A stretch of DNA of 64,000 nt from Nanobdellota archaeon (GTDB lineage Archaea; Nanobdellota; Nanobdellia; Pacearchaeales; GW2011-AR1): contig JBBSWO010000003.1 of NCBI GenBank assembly GCA_038046245.1, positions 118,959 to 182,958 on the forward strand, written 5' to 3'. The position numbers and the translations under genes were made by a program. Of the stretch, positions 48,882-59,463 are shown piece after piece. Below the pieces are notes generated by a model. The model was not told where the DNA came from, made no database searches, and saw nothing but the letters and a program-made list of their open reading frames with translations. Numbering within the stretch: position 1 is the first letter of the stretch; every line of letters starts with the position of its first letter.

Positions 48882-49735
48882 ACACTCATTCTTCTCCACT
48901 TATCTAAAAACTCAGTCTTCTCCCTTGCAGAAAGTTTTGAATTTTCTAAAGCAGCATTAAAAGGATTCCCATTCAAAACATCTTTTATAACTTCAAGTTC
49001 AAGACCTGAAAAACTTAAAGCATTAAGAACATAATCTTCAAAGGCTTCATAAGCTACCGGCACAGTTTTTTTAACAGTATTGGCCATAACTTCAGAATAT
49101 TCCCTAATTTCTTGCTGAGCATGCTTGTCCAATCTTAAATTCAAAAAATGAAACAGATTATGCAAGTCAATTTTCCAATACCATTGAGTGTATGTTGAAA
49201 GTGGAAGCCCAATTCTTGCCAGCTCTCTTGCAATATCTGACTGTTCAAATTGTTTGTAGTGATCAAAATTTAGTTGCGCATCAGCCAGTAAAACACTGAG
49301 AAATTTGTCTCTTAATTCGGGAGGTACCTCTCCTTCTGATCCTTGTTTGTTTGACTGACTTTGTAGCTGGACTCTGTCTTCGTTAGGGACATAAAATTCT
49401 TCCTTCATAACAGAATATCTTCCAGAATATTCATTGACATTAGCGGTTCTATGTCTTATCCACTGTCTGGCAACAAAAATAGGGAGTTTAACATGCCACT
49501 TGAATTCAACCATTTCAAAAGGAGTTGTGTGTTTATTTCTCATCAAATATCTTATTAAACCTCTGTCTTCACTAACTTTTTTTGTTCCTTCCCCATAAGA
49601 AACTCTAGCTGCCTGGACAATGGCAGAATCATCACCCATATAATCGATAAGCCGCACGAATCCTTTGTCTAAAACTCTAAACTCTTTTCCCAAATCTTCC
49701 TCAGCTCCTGGAGAGGTAACTCTTCCTGTTTCCAT
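48878..49735 (-). CDS. thyX: FAD-dependent thymidylate synthase
   Basis: HTTPFE, RQWIRHRTANVNEYSGRY, ARELAR, HAQQEIR. Confidence 0.96.
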   Translation of the reverse strand: METGRVTSPGAEEDLGKEFRVLDKGFVRLIDYMGDDSAIVQAARVSYGEGTKKVSEDRGLIRYLMRNKHTTPFEMVEFKWHVKLPIFVARQWIRHRTANVNEYSGRYSVMKEEFYVPNEDRVQLQSQSNKQGSEGEVPPELRDKFLSVLLADAQLNFDHYKQFEQSDIARELARIGLPLSTYTQWYWKIDLHNLFHFLNLRLDKHAQQEIREYSEVMANTVKKTVPVAYEAFEDYVLNALSFSGLELEVIKDVLNGNPFNAALENSKLSAREKTEFLDKWRRMSV

Positions 49736-49817
49736 TTGCTAATTCACAAAAGCCAATATAAAAATATATATGTAACAAAACAGAATAATTTAAAAACAGA
49801 TCCTTTCTATTTAGTTA

Positions 49818-50126
49818 ATGGACAAAGACATAGGAAAAATTCAAAAAAACGCAACAACAGACATTCTTGTTAGAATAGACGACTTTGGGGGGAGAAAAGG
49901 AGTCACAATAAGAGAATTCGTAACTTCTGACAAATACACCGGATTCACAAAAGCAGGTACAAGAGTTCCTGCAGAACACTTTTTGAAATTTAGAGAAATG
50001 ATAAATTCTGTCCCTTTAAGTGAGCTTGACGCACCAGCTGAAAGCGTTAAAGGTGAATATAAGCCAAAAGGTGCTAAGCCTCAAAAAACTTTGAAGCCTA
50101 GTGAAGAAGAACTGCCTGATTATTGA
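49818..50126 (+). CDS. PC4/YdbC-like ssDNA-binding protein
   Basis: VRIDDFGG...VTIREF...TKAG pattern with acidic tail. Confidence 0.75.
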   Translation: MDKDIGKIQKNATTDILVRIDDFGGRKGVTIREFVTSDKYTGFTKAGTRVPAEHFLKFREMINSVPLSELDAPAESVKGEYKPKGAKPQKTLKPSEEELPDY

Positions 50127-50183
50127 TCACAAATTTCTTTCTAAGACAAGAATATTTATTAATTAGAATTTATTCTATTTTGT

Positions 50184-51791
50184 ATGATTAAAAGGGGGAA
50201 GATATTTTTCGCAACAATATTGCTTTTTGTGCTAATTGGTTTTGCAAGCGCAACTGATTATTATGTTGATAAAGATTCTATCGGTGGAACCTGCAGCGAT
50301 TCTAATACTGGAACATCTCTAACTCAACCATTTTGCACTATTCATAAAGGGGAAAGTGTAACAATGCCTGGTGATACTGTTTACATTAGAAGCGGGACAT
50401 ATTTCGAATTGTCTGGAATTTCTCTTGGCTCAGGGGATAGAGGAACTTTAAACATTAATAGAGGAGGCTCTCCTGGCAATCCAATTACTTACACAAGATA
50501 TCCTGGAGACCCTATGCCAAACATTACTGGAAATTCACTGACTTATGCTGTTGTAATTGGAGCCTCATATATAACACTTGATTCTTTAGATGTAAGCAAC
50601 GGCTATAGAGGCATCACACTCGCAGCAACAGGATCAAGTGATATCACAATCAGAAATTCACATATCCACAATGTTGCAGGCTCAACTGGAGGCAATAATA
50701 ACGGAGGCATAGTTGGAGGAATTTTTGGAGGAGTTGCATACGGCATGTTTAATAACGTCCTTATAGAAAATAATGAGATTCACGATAACAGAGATCCATC
50801 TTGTTTTTCTGGAACAGGCGCAGGAATCGAGTTTTATGGTTTGAACAATTCAATAATAAGGAACAATCACATCTACAATGAACATGGAGGTATTTGGCTT
50901 AAAAGTCATGACTCTAACTCAAAAATTTACAACAACACTATCCATAATGTAGGGGAGGGAATATATCATTTTGGTGAACCAATGAATCTGGATATTTTTG
51001 ATAATGTTATTTATAGTTTTAGCGAAAATGCTCTAGGGAGCAGACAGTCATCATCAACAACTTACCTCCCCGGCCAAAATATAAGATACTTTAATAATAT
51101 TGTTTTAGGTGATGGCCTTCATCATACGTTTTATCAAGTTGTAACAAACGGATCTAGAGTTTACAACAATATTTTTTATTACGGTAATAGAGGGGCTTGC
51201 ACTGCAGGCAGTGAATCAGGAGAATTAACCGACCGAGAAAGCGGTACTGCAACAAACTTTTTTGAAGGAAATAACTTGTTGTATCATCCTACAAACAACC
51301 AACATTTTTGCTGGGATGGTGCACTTTACACACTTACTGGTTGGCGTTCATATTGGGATGGAGCTGGAGGCAATCCTACAAACGGAGACGGCAGTATTGA
51401 GGGAGATCCTCTTTTCATCTCAACAGATCCAGCAAATTCCAATTTCTTAAGGCCAGCAAGCAATAGCCCTGTTATAGACAACGGAACTTTTATTCCTGGC
51501 TTCCACTGTGCATTATCCGACAGCAATGGGGGAAGCAGTTTAACAGATTGCAGACATTGGAGTGGCTTAGCTCCTGACATTGGAAGATATGAATATGTTT
51601 CTGGAGTTGCTTCAAACTCTCCAGACGTAAACTCGGATGGAAAAGTAAATGTAATTGATTTGGTCCTGGTCATAAGATGGCAGGGAAGAAATTCAGGAGA
51701 TATAGATTGGAACAACTACAAACATCTAGATGTTAACAAGGACAATAGAACGAACATGAGTGATATTAATGTTGTTATAACAAATATGTAA
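50184..51791 (+). CDS. Secreted right-handed beta-helix protein with C-terminal dockerin
   Basis: Signal peptide, DYYVD...PFCTI...PGDTVYIRSGTY, IRNN repeats, duplicated DVNSDGKVNVIDL / DVNKDNRTNMSDI. Confidence 0.88.
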   Translation: MIKRGKIFFATILLFVLIGFASATDYYVDKDSIGGTCSDSNTGTSLTQPFCTIHKGESVTMPGDTVYIRSGTYFELSGISLGSGDRGTLNINRGGSPGNPITYTRYPGDPMPNITGNSLTYAVVIGASYITLDSLDVSNGYRGITLAATGSSDITIRNSHIHNVAGSTGGNNNGGIVGGIFGGVAYGMFNNVLIENNEIHDNRDPSCFSGTGAGIEFYGLNNSIIRNNHIYNEHGGIWLKSHDSNSKIYNNTIHNVGEGIYHFGEPMNLDIFDNVIYSFSENALGSRQSSSTTYLPGQNIRYFNNIVLGDGLHHTFYQVVTNGSRVYNNIFYYGNRGACTAGSESGELTDRESGTATNFFEGNNLLYHPTNNQHFCWDGALYTLTGWRSYWDGAGGNPTNGDGSIEGDPLFISTDPANSNFLRPASNSPVIDNGTFIPGFHCALSDSNGGSSLTDCRHWSGLAPDIGRYEYVSGVASNSPDVNSDGKVNVIDLVLVIRWQGRNSGDIDWNNYKHLDVNKDNRTNMSDINVVITNM

Positions 51792-51796
51792 CTAAA

Positions 51797-52054
51797 TTAT
51801 TCCTTCAAAACTCCCCCCAGCAAAATCTCGTACATTTTATTTTTTGTAATTCCTAAAAACTCAACTTTTATTTTTGGCGAGTTTTTAGTGTAACCATTTT
51901 TAAAAATTATAAAATCAAATTTCTTGGAATTTCCATTATCAAAAAGCCTTTTAGTCCAATAAGGTTTTATCTCTCTGTACTCAATTTTCTTTTCTCCAGA
52001 TGAAATAAGATCAAACCATTTCTTTTTAAGAGTGAGATAAAGGATTTTATCCAT
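51797..52054 (-). CDS. ASCH-domain protein
   Basis: WFDLISSGEKKIEYR. Confidence 0.88.
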   Translation of the reverse strand: MDKILYLTLKKKWFDLISSGEKKIEYREIKPYWTKRLFDNGNSKKFDFIIFKNGYTKNSPKIKVEFLGITKNKMYEILLGGVLKE

Positions 52055-52123
52055 GCAATATTATAATTCAAACAATTAAATATCTTTTCCAAACTTTTAA
52101 AAAATCTCTCAACCTATAGTATT

Positions 52124-52459
52124 ATGAAAGAAATACACTGGATTGCCCTCGCAGTAATTCTTGTAGTTGCGGGATTTGCTATTTTTATCACAACAAGGCC
52201 TTCAACCCCAACAACAACTGAAGAAGTTGCAAGATGTATTGGAGAAAAATCAACACTGTATGTTCAGTTAGGATGTTCCCACTGTAAAACGCAGGAAGAT
52301 ATGTTTGGAAATAACACAAAGTATCTGAATAAAATTGATTGTTTCTATGAAAGAGACAAATGTTCTGATATAGCAGGCACACCTACTTGGTTAATTGACG
52401 GACAAAAATATGAAGGAGTTCAGAGTATAGAGACATTAAGAACTGCTACTGGGTGTTAA
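52124..52459 (+). CDS. Membrane-anchored thioredoxin-like protein
   Basis: CSHC, GTPTW, TM anchor. Confidence 0.85.
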   Translation: MKEIHWIALAVILVVAGFAIFITTRPSTPTTTEEVARCIGEKSTLYVQLGCSHCKTQEDMFGNNTKYLNKIDCFYERDKCSDIAGTPTWLIDGQKYEGVQSIETLRTATGC

Positions 52460-52489
52460 TTAGTAGTTTTTCAAACGTCTGATTTTTGT

Positions 52490-52711
52490 TCAACATTCTT
52501 TTTTCTTAGCTTCAAGGAAAGTGTATATTTGAACATACAAAGCTCTTACATATTCAACTTCAAGATTATTCTCTCTTGCAACGTCCTCGACACTCTTTTT
52601 TATAGAATAATAGAAGAGTATTCTATCTCTAAGTATACCAAGCCCAGCCAACTGACTTTGCAATTCAATTAAGGTTTCTTCGCCAATGTCCCTTAAATTT
52701 CCTTCCAACAT
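52490..52711 (-). CDS. Small HTH-like hypothetical protein
   Basis: RDRILFYY...KSVEDVARENNL resembles a sigma-70 region 4 HTH. Confidence 0.5.
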   Translation of the reverse strand: MLEGNLRDIGEETLIELQSQLAGLGILRDRILFYYSIKKSVEDVARENNLEVEYVRALYVQIYTFLEAKKKEC

Positions 52712-52793
52712 ATAATATTATGAATTCAAAGAATAAATATTTTGCGGTTTTATCACCCAAAACCTTTTAATTCTCCAGTTTCCATCTAATTTC

Positions 52794-54539
52794 ATGGAAA
52801 CCGCAAACAAAATACGACAGCCAATTATCACAGTTGTTGGCCATGTTGATCACGGAAAGACTAGCATACTGGATTGTCTTAGAGAAAGCTCTGTCCAAAA
52901 TGCAGAGGCAGGAGGGATAACACAAAAAATCTCTTTCACATTATATCCCGCTTCACAGCTTAAAAAATCCTGCCCTCTTCTTCAGGAAAAAGGGATAAAA
53001 CTCCAGATTCCAGGGTTCTTGTTCATCGATACGCCAGGCCACGCGGCTTTCACGAATTTGAGAAAACGTGGCGGTTCTCTCGCAGACATAGCAATTCTTG
53101 TCATAGACATAAACGAAGGAATAAAACCCCAGACTTCAGAGGTAATTCAGATCTTGAAACACAACAAAGTTCCCTTTTTGATAGCTCTAAACAAAATTGA
53201 CAAAATTCAAGGATGGAAAATAAACAACAAAGATTTAGAAAAAAATTTAGAACTTCAGCCACAAAGCACAAAGCTGAACTTCGATGAGAAGTTTTATACT
53301 CTAGTAGGTTCATTAAGCAGTTATGGCCTAGAAGCCGACCTTTACGACAAGATAACAGACTTCACAAAAAAAGTTGCAATAATCCCATGTTCAGCAAGAT
53401 CTAAAGAAGGGATACAGGAGCTGATAATGATGCTTTGCGGATTAAGCCAAAAATATCTTTCTGAAAAATTAAAACTCGGAAAAGAAGCAAGAGGGGTCGT
53501 GCTTGAGGTAAAAAAAGAAAAATCTGGAAACTATGCCGAGGCAATACTTTATGACGGAGAACTTGCAAAAAATGACGAAATCGCTGTTGCAAATATAGAA
53601 GGAAATCCTATAGTAACAAAAATAAGAGTTTTGGAAGAAATAGAACCATTAAGTGACAAGTTCAAACCAAAAGAGAAAATAACCGCATCAACAGGATTCA
53701 GGATGCAACTGACAGAAAAGTTTGACGCTCTTCCAGGAATGCCCTTTATGGCATTTAAAGGAAACAAAGAAGAAGTCCAAAAAATATTCAAAAAAGAAAT
53801 TTCTGAAAACATAAAAACTGACAAGAATGGAATAATCGCAAAAGCTGATTCTCTCGGAAGTTTGGAAGCACTTTTAACATTGCTAAGCCAAAGTAACATT
53901 CCAGTATTAAAAGCCGGAATTGGGAATATAAACAAGACAGATATAGTTTCTGCAAAAGCAAATATGGAGATAAACGAATTAGATTCTTTGATTGCGGGAT
54001 TCAATGTTGAGATTGACAACGAAGCAAAAGAGATTCAGGGAAAAATAAAAATTCTCACTGAAAAAGTTATTTACAAACTAATAGAAAAAACAATTGAGTT
54101 TAGGCAGGAAAAAGCGAATGAAATCGAAAAAAGAAGATTGATGGCCTTGGCAACATTGTGCAAATTAAAAATTTTACCGCAGTTTGTTTTCAGGAATACA
54201 AACCCTGCAATATTTGGGGTAAAAGTCGAAGTCGGAAAAATAATATCAAACTTGCCTTTCATAAATAAAGAAAATGAAAAAGTTGGGAGGATAAAAGCGA
54301 TTCAGTCTGAAAACAGATCAGTGCAGGAAGCAACTGAGGGTATGGAGGTTGCAATATCTGTTCCTGGATTAAATTTTGAAAGAGAGCTGAAAAATAAGGA
54401 TTTTATTTATTCAGATTTAAGTGAGTCACAATTTAAGACCTTCAAAAAAAACAAGGATCTTTTGTCTTCAAATGAAATAAAACTTCTTCAAGAGATACAG
54501 GAGTTAAAGAAAAAGCAAAGAGCAGATTGGGGCGGATGA
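52794..54539 (+). CDS. infB: Translation initiation factor aIF5B (IF-2)
   Basis: IRQPIITVVGHVDHGKT, DTPGH, NKID. Confidence 0.96.
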   Translation: METANKIRQPIITVVGHVDHGKTSILDCLRESSVQNAEAGGITQKISFTLYPASQLKKSCPLLQEKGIKLQIPGFLFIDTPGHAAFTNLRKRGGSLADIAILVIDINEGIKPQTSEVIQILKHNKVPFLIALNKIDKIQGWKINNKDLEKNLELQPQSTKLNFDEKFYTLVGSLSSYGLEADLYDKITDFTKKVAIIPCSARSKEGIQELIMMLCGLSQKYLSEKLKLGKEARGVVLEVKKEKSGNYAEAILYDGELAKNDEIAVANIEGNPIVTKIRVLEEIEPLSDKFKPKEKITASTGFRMQLTEKFDALPGMPFMAFKGNKEEVQKIFKKEISENIKTDKNGIIAKADSLGSLEALLTLLSQSNIPVLKAGIGNINKTDIVSAKANMEINELDSLIAGFNVEIDNEAKEIQGKIKILTEKVIYKLIEKTIEFRQEKANEIEKRRLMALATLCKLKILPQFVFRNTNPAIFGVKVEVGKIISNLPFINKENEKVGRIKAIQSENRSVQEATEGMEVAISVPGLNFERELKNKDFIYSDLSESQFKTFKKNKDLLSSNEIKLLQEIQELKKKQRADWGG

Positions 54540-54542
54540 TTT

Positions 54543-55052
54543 TTATTCAAAGGTTAAACTGCCTAAGTCATCTATTCTACCAACTTGCCAAATGTAATTT
54601 TTCTTAGATATGATGTCTTGAATTTGTTTTCTTATTAGGTTTAAAGATTCTATCTTTGAGATTTTCGATAAGAAAATAATATCTTTTATTTTATCTTTAT
54701 CAGTCATCCCGTCAAATACTAAAAAGTCTATTGGGCTAAAAATTGGTTTAACATCAAATGGATTAATTTTTAATTTTCTGAAAATCGGTAAAACTACATT
54801 GTTCACTATCTTTTTAGCTTCATTTCTTCCCTTCTCAACCGCAACATCTCTAATCTTTTGTTCTTTTTCATTAAATTTTTCTTCTTCTTTACTCATTGCA
54901 ATTATCCTTGCTTCATAAGTATCCAACCAAGTTTTAACAATCGGTTTCTTTACTTTTAAATGTAAATCTGAAACTCGAACTATCTCTCCACAACACGGAC
55001 AAATACAGAGTATTTTTCTGAATTCACTAAATTCTTCAAATAAGATATTCAT
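54543..55052 (-). CDS. Holliday-junction-resolvase-like (Endonuc_Holl) paralog with degenerate active site
   Basis: CPCC, coiled coil, SPIDFLVFDG, but FLSK in place of the ExK motif. Confidence 0.75.
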   Translation of the reverse strand: MNILFEEFSEFRKILCICPCCGEIVRVSDLHLKVKKPIVKTWLDTYEARIIAMSKEEEKFNEKEQKIRDVAVEKGRNEAKKIVNNVVLPIFRKLKINPFDVKPIFSPIDFLVFDGMTDKDKIKDIIFLSKISKIESLNLIRKQIQDIISKKNYIWQVGRIDDLGSLTFE

Positions 55053-55531
55053 TTGAATTCCTCATACTTTACTTTATTATTTTCAACAGCTTCTTTTATA
55101 CTCTTTTGATGTTTGTTAAGTACAGCTTTTCCACTCTTAACTTCTAAAAATCTAATAGACTCAACTTTTCCAGCAGTTAAACCATGAAAAATCACAATGT
55201 CTATTGGGTCGCCTAAAAATCGACAATCAGATAATTCCCATTTGAAATCATTCATAGTAGGGAAAACTTTTTCTAATAGTTTTCCGACATTGGTAGATTT
55301 TGCTGTAGTTTGTGCACCAGTAGTCGCTCTTTTCAAACTTTTCTTTAATTCTTCTTGTCTCTTTTTTAGCCCTTCTTCTAGATTCTTTTGAACCTCTGCC
55401 GCTTTGAATGGAAATGGTTTTGTTCCATCAAATAACAAAGCATCAGAAATTTTAAATTCACTATCACAAGCAGAGTGTTCAGCATAAATATCGGATTCCT
55501 TAAGAAGTTTTATTATTTCTTCAGTTTCCAT
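55049..55531 (-). CDS. Holliday-junction-resolvase-like PD-(D/E)xK endonuclease (Endonuc_Holl)
   Basis: GKLLEK, RFLGDPIDIVIF, FLEVKSG. Confidence 0.85.
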   Translation of the reverse strand: METEEIIKLLKESDIYAEHSACDSEFKISDALLFDGTKPFPFKAAEVQKNLEEGLKKRQEELKKSLKRATTGAQTTAKSTNVGKLLEKVFPTMNDFKWELSDCRFLGDPIDIVIFHGLTAGKVESIRFLEVKSGKAVLNKHQKSIKEAVENNKVKYEEFK

Positions 55532-55643
55532 ATTATTAAATAGTACAACTGCTATAAATACTTTTCAGGACTACTTTATTTCTTGCCTTTTCTTTAATTC
55601 ACTCAAGAGATAGTTTTAAAAACCAAATTTTCCCTTTAATAAA

Positions 55644-56099
55644 ATGCCATTCAAAATAAACGTTTCAGATAAGGACGGAAAAACATACAAGTTTGAACTC
55701 GAAAGCGAGGAGCTTATTGGAAAGGAACTTGGTCAAACAATAAACGGCAAGGAATTGCTTCCAACCTTAGACGGCTACGAATTTCAGATAACTGGCGCAA
55801 GTGACAAGGCAGGATTCCCGGCTTTTGAAACTGTTGAAGGAATTGGATTAAAAAGAGTTCTTTTGACTTACGGAAAAGGAATGAACAAAAGACCTAAACA
55901 TGAAGGAAAGAGAGCATGGACAAAAAACAGGCCAAAAGGATTAAGACTCAGGAAAACGCAGAGAGGAAAAATAATTTCTACAGATATTATCCAAATAAAC
56001 ATGAAAATCGCAAAACACGGCCACACAGCATTGAAGGAAATATTCCCAGACCAAAACCAGCCAAAAGAGAAAAAGAAATTTGAGGCTCCTACTGCTTAA
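55644..56099 (+). CDS. rps6e: 30S ribosomal protein eS6
   Basis: ITGASDKAGFP, GLRLRKTQRG, QINMKI. Confidence 0.93.
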   Translation: MPFKINVSDKDGKTYKFELESEELIGKELGQTINGKELLPTLDGYEFQITGASDKAGFPAFETVEGIGLKRVLLTYGKGMNKRPKHEGKRAWTKNRPKGLRLRKTQRGKIISTDIIQINMKIAKHGHTALKEIFPDQNQPKEKKKFEAPTA

Positions 56100-56174
56100 T
56101 CCCCTGTTTTCTAAAAGTTAACCTATTTATCTCTCATCCATAACTCTTTTAAAACAAATTTAATTTCTTATTTT

Positions 56175-56786
56175 ATGACTGAAATAACTCAGATAGCCAA
56201 TCGCATAGCTGAAAAAAAAGAGGAAAAATTGATTTATGGAGTAAGAAGCGTTGAAAGACTGTCACCTTATTCTCCAAACATTCTGGCAGTTGTGAATTTT
56301 CCGGACAATCCAAATGGAGTTATAACAAGAGGATATATTTTTGACATTTGCTTTGAAGAAGCATACGGAACTCTAGAAAGAGCTGTTGAACACTTTGTAA
56401 AAAAGTCAGCAAAACTCCAGGGGTTTGTTGTCCATGATAATGGTAATGGATCAAGAAGTGAAACAAGAGAACCTTTGCTTTGTCTTATGGGTTTTTTAAA
56501 GGGAAAAGATTGGAGAAAAAAAGGAATAGACGGGATAGACAGAGATATCATATATTTCCCTTTTGAAAAATCTGATGAAAAAGGTAGAGCAACAGCAAAC
56601 CCATTCCTTGTTAAATCATCTATCCATGAAGACATAGGAACTGGGAGTATATCAACAATCAACCCAAATGAAATGGAAGATCTTTATCCATTGCTCACTG
56701 TAGAAAGAATGCGCAGGCTAACGCTTTCTCCAGAAAAGTTTAAAGAATTCCCAGACCTTTCTTCCCTAGGGATTAAGTACGTTTAA
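56175..56786 (+). CDS. Hypothetical protein
   Basis: 203-aa ORF with TATA upstream. Confidence 0.65.
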   Translation: MTEITQIANRIAEKKEEKLIYGVRSVERLSPYSPNILAVVNFPDNPNGVITRGYIFDICFEEAYGTLERAVEHFVKKSAKLQGFVVHDNGNGSRSETREPLLCLMGFLKGKDWRKKGIDGIDRDIIYFPFEKSDEKGRATANPFLVKSSIHEDIGTGSISTINPNEMEDLYPLLTVERMRRLTLSPEKFKEFPDLSSLGIKYV

Positions 56787-59369
56787 TTATTGATACCCAT
56801 ACTTGTTTACAACCCAAGATTTCACGATTTGTGCCAGAACTAAGTAGACGATTGTTATAAGGAACAATATCACGAAATATGTAAAAGGAAGTGGAGTAAA
56901 CCCAAAGAATTTCCCGAATGGCGAAAGTGTTGTTCCTATTGCTATTAAAATGATAAAGATTGAACTCAATACAAAGAATTTATTCGGTCTGCTTTCTAAG
57001 AATGGGATTTTATTTGTTCTTATGACAAACATTATAAGAATCTGAGTGACCATGGATTCAATAAACCAACCAGTCTGGAAAACCGAAGCACTCGCCGCGG
57101 TCGTCGCATTGAAAACAAAAAACATTATTGCAAATGTTGCAAAATCAAAAATAGAACTGATGGGCCCAACAAAAATCATAAATTTCTCCAGGAATTTTAT
57201 ATTCCACATTCTAGGTTTGGTGAGATATTCCTTGTCAACTTTATCCAGAGGAAGAGAAATCTGAGACAAGTCATAAAGAAAATTATTGAACAAAATCTGT
57301 ATCGGAAGCATTGGCAAAAAGGGAACAAATATAACGGCACCGCTAAAAGAAAGCATATTTCCGAAATTTGAACTAGAGCCCATTTTCAGATACTTCACAA
57401 TATTGCCAAAAGTCAATCTCCCCTCGAGAATACCCTCCTTGAGCACCAACAGATTTTTCTCAAGCAGTATAACATCAGCAGACTCTCTCGCGATTTCAAT
57501 AGCATTGTTCACAGAAATACCCACATCAGCAGCCCTCAAAGCAGGGGCATCATTCATCCCGTCTCCGAGATATCCAACAACATGTTTGTTCAGCCTCAAT
57601 GCATTGATAACTCTCTTTTTTTGAAGAGGGTTAAGTCTCGTGAAAACATTTGTTATCTCAACAGCTTCTTTAATCTCGGTGTCACTCAGCCCGTCAATTT
57701 CATCTCCAGTAAGAACACCTTTAACATTAAATCCAACTTCTTGGCAAACCTTTCTTGTGATTATGTCATTGTCGCCAGTGAGTATTTTCATTTCTATTCC
57801 CAAAGTCCCAAGACTTGTTATGACTTCTCTCACAGAATGTTTAGGCGGATCCAAAAAAGCCAGATAGCCCAAAAGAACAAGATTTTTTTCATCTTCTCTG
57901 GAAAAATTAGATTTTCCCTTTCCTAATTTTTTGTAAGCGACTGCGATAACAATAAATCCTTCATTACTGAGTTTTTCATATTCTTTTTTCAATTTCAAAG
58001 AAACGCTTTCATTAATCTTCATTATTCTTCCAGCTATTTCATACTGATTGCATCTCTTGAATATTTCTTCAGGAGCTCCCTTGGAGATTGCAAATCTTTG
58101 ACTTGTATTCTTGTCTTCAACAGCGATAGAGATTATCTTTCTCGAATAATCATAGGGGATTTCCCCAATTTTTTTGTATTGGGCAACAGATATTTTTTTC
58201 CGGTTTAGTATAGCTTTTTCAATTAAATTTTTTATTCCAGTTTGATGGTAACTGTTAAGATAGGTATAATTAAAGACGTGTTCACTTTCTTTTCCATTGA
58301 TATCACAATATCTTTCAAGAATTATTTTATTCTCGGTCAAAGTTCCGGTTTTATCCGTGCACAAAACATCCATAGCACCAAAATTTTGTATTGAATCAAG
58401 ATGTTTGACAATCACCTTTTTCTGAGCCATCGCTCTTGCACCCTTCGCAAGATTTATCGTGACAATAGTCGGCAACATCTCAGGAGTCAGACCAACAGCA
58501 ACGGCAAGAGAGAAAAGAAGAGCCTCCCTGAATGTACCCCTCTTAAAAACAAAATCAATCAAAAATATTGCAATGACCAAAATTATAGTAAATCTTATCA
58601 TAAGAAGGGTGAATTTTTTTATTCCAATGTCAAAACTAGTTTCACCTTTGTCCTTGACTAAAGTTTTTGAAATTTCGCCAAACGTCGTCGATAATCCTGT
58701 GGATATAACCACTCCAACACCGCTTCCAGAAACTATGCTAGAACCCATAAAAGCTAGATTATTCAATTCCGTGATAGAATTTCCCTTTGATTTAAGAGCA
58801 GAAGAGATTTTCTCAGCAGGAATAGACTCTCCGGTCAATGTCGATTGGTTCACGAAAAGGCTTTGTGAAGAAATTATCCTTAAGTCCGCAGGAACAACAT
58901 CTCCGACGTACAAATGGATTATATCTCCTGGAACAATGTCTTTTATGTCAATCTCATTTTGTTTTCCAGCCCTCGTAACCAAAATTTTTGTCTTGACAAG
59001 ATTTCTTAATTTCTCTATCGCACGCTCAGAACCCCTTTCCTGTATAAAACTTAACGAAACACTTATGAGAATCATCGCTGAGATGAAAATAGCACTCGCT
59101 TTTTCCCTGAAGAACAAAGAAAAAACATCTATCACTAGTAGAATTATTATAAGTGGATTGAGAAAATTCATAAAAAATTTAGTAATAGCATGATATCTTT
59201 TTTTCTTTGCAGGCTCATTAAATCCAAACCTTTCAAGTCTTTCCACAGCTTCGTGCTCTGAAATTCCATTGAGTGAAGTATGCAAATCTTCCAGAGTTTC
59301 ACTAACGTCCATTTCAGCATACCGAGCATGCGAGCCATTACTGAATTCTTTACTTTTCAGAATATCCAT
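56787..59369 (-). CDS. mgtA: Magnesium-translocating P-type ATPase (P3B)
   Basis: AVAVGLTPEMLP, IQNFGAMDVLCTDKTGT, SSNFGN, FQTGWFIES. Confidence 0.93.
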   Translation of the reverse strand: MDILKSKEFSNGSHARYAEMDVSETLEDLHTSLNGISEHEAVERLERFGFNEPAKKKRYHAITKFFMNFLNPLIIILLVIDVFSLFFREKASAIFISAMILISVSLSFIQERGSERAIEKLRNLVKTKILVTRAGKQNEIDIKDIVPGDIIHLYVGDVVPADLRIISSQSLFVNQSTLTGESIPAEKISSALKSKGNSITELNNLAFMGSSIVSGSGVGVVISTGLSTTFGEISKTLVKDKGETSFDIGIKKFTLLMIRFTIILVIAIFLIDFVFKRGTFREALLFSLAVAVGLTPEMLPTIVTINLAKGARAMAQKKVIVKHLDSIQNFGAMDVLCTDKTGTLTENKIILERYCDINGKESEHVFNYTYLNSYHQTGIKNLIEKAILNRKKISVAQYKKIGEIPYDYSRKIISIAVEDKNTSQRFAISKGAPEEIFKRCNQYEIAGRIMKINESVSLKLKKEYEKLSNEGFIVIAVAYKKLGKGKSNFSREDEKNLVLLGYLAFLDPPKHSVREVITSLGTLGIEMKILTGDNDIITRKVCQEVGFNVKGVLTGDEIDGLSDTEIKEAVEITNVFTRLNPLQKKRVINALRLNKHVVGYLGDGMNDAPALRAADVGISVNNAIEIARESADVILLEKNLLVLKEGILEGRLTFGNIVKYLKMGSSSNFGNMLSFSGAVIFVPFLPMLPIQILFNNFLYDLSQISLPLDKVDKEYLTKPRMWNIKFLEKFMIFVGPISSIFDFATFAIMFFVFNATTAASASVFQTGWFIESMVTQILIMFVIRTNKIPFLESRPNKFFVLSSIFIILIAIGTTLSPFGKFFGFTPLPFTYFVILFLITIVYLVLAQIVKSWVVNKYGYQ

Positions 59370-59463
59370 TTAAACCCCTTTTTTACTGTATAAAAAGAAA
59401 AAAGATATATTTAAATTCTACCTCATTAACAAGCTTTAAAAACTTCTCCAATTATCGTATTTT

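Noticed and set aside
54501..55600. 16/18 inverted match (GAGTTAAAGAAAAAGCAA versus 55583-55600) flanking the nuclease pair
   Set aside because: Low-complexity A-rich sequence, one copy inside infB coding sequence, and no transposase or target duplication
58459..59193. 244-aa plus-strand ORF, and the many similar antisense or nested ORFs in the track
   Set aside because: They lie opposite well-supported genes such as mgtA, thermosome and infB, and have no motifs of their own
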